DNA of 64,000 bases from Octopus sinensis (lineage: Eukaryota), in contig NC_043004.1 in assembly GCF_006345805.1 (NCBI RefSeq), positions 27,032,001 to 27,096,000 of the forward strand, read 5' to 3'. Shown piece by piece: positions 63,694-64,000 of this stretch. Position numbers and translations under genes: made by a program. The notes beneath the pieces were generated by a model, which searched no databases, had not been told where the DNA came from, and worked only from the letters and a program-made list of their open reading frames with translations. Positions within the stretch are counted from its first letter, which is position 1. The number at the start of each line of letters is the position of its first letter.

Positions 63694-64000
63694 TATATAT
63701 ATATAATTTTACATCCACTTTCAATTCTGGTATGCATTAGACAGTGTGAAGATGGTCTGACTTTGTTCTTATTTTGGGTTACTGTCCTATAGAGGACCAT
63801 ATCTCACTAAAAATTTCCAATTTTGGCATTGTTTCCTCATTAACATCAATCAAATTGCAGAATATATTAGATGCATTGTATGAAGATGCCAGCACTAGAA
63901 GTTTTGTTGTATTCCTCACAAAATCTTTTTATGTTGTATCCATTCGTTCAAGGTTAATGTGACTAACAAGGTGAAGAAAAGACAGAATAGGTTTGACTGT

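Noticed and set aside
63920-63962. Minus 43-nt candidate exon (TLTLNEWIQHKKI)
   Set aside because: Plausible splice sites but too short and unlinked to support.
1-64000. CRISPR arrays, rRNA, genuine tRNA genes, prokaryotic operons
   Set aside because: None seen; tRNA-like A/B boxes all belong to SINE heads.

Overview
AT-rich, repeat-saturated eukaryotic genomic DNA with no long intact ORF. The repeat families are ones I recall from Octopus/coleoid cephalopod genomes, so the taxon is an inference. Most of the window is decayed transposons: Penelope-like elements (PLEs), R4/Dong-type RLE LINEs, Tx1/L1-type, CR1/L2-type and RTE LINE fragments, Tc1/mariner copies, a Helitron/Helentron-type endonuclease fragment, piggyBac-type and Merlin-like MITEs, several SINE families and many microsatellites. 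A few short candidate host exons occur on both strands, but I could not assemble or name a gene. The most notable signals are minimal type I hammerhead ribozyme motifs, two next to PLE sequence and one in a probable PLE terminal repeat. One (40533-40575, minus) has a compensatory U3:A8 core. One (47417-47522, plus) has a long stem II and appears to have decayed via CpG mutation. One (31747-31779, minus) has a single core mutation. Also notable are an 8-bp-TSD MITE carrying TTAGGG repeats, a seemingly identical 695-bp tandem duplication bounded by (ATT)n, and two opposite polarity classes of retroelement tails at the same TAA/ATT microsatellite.
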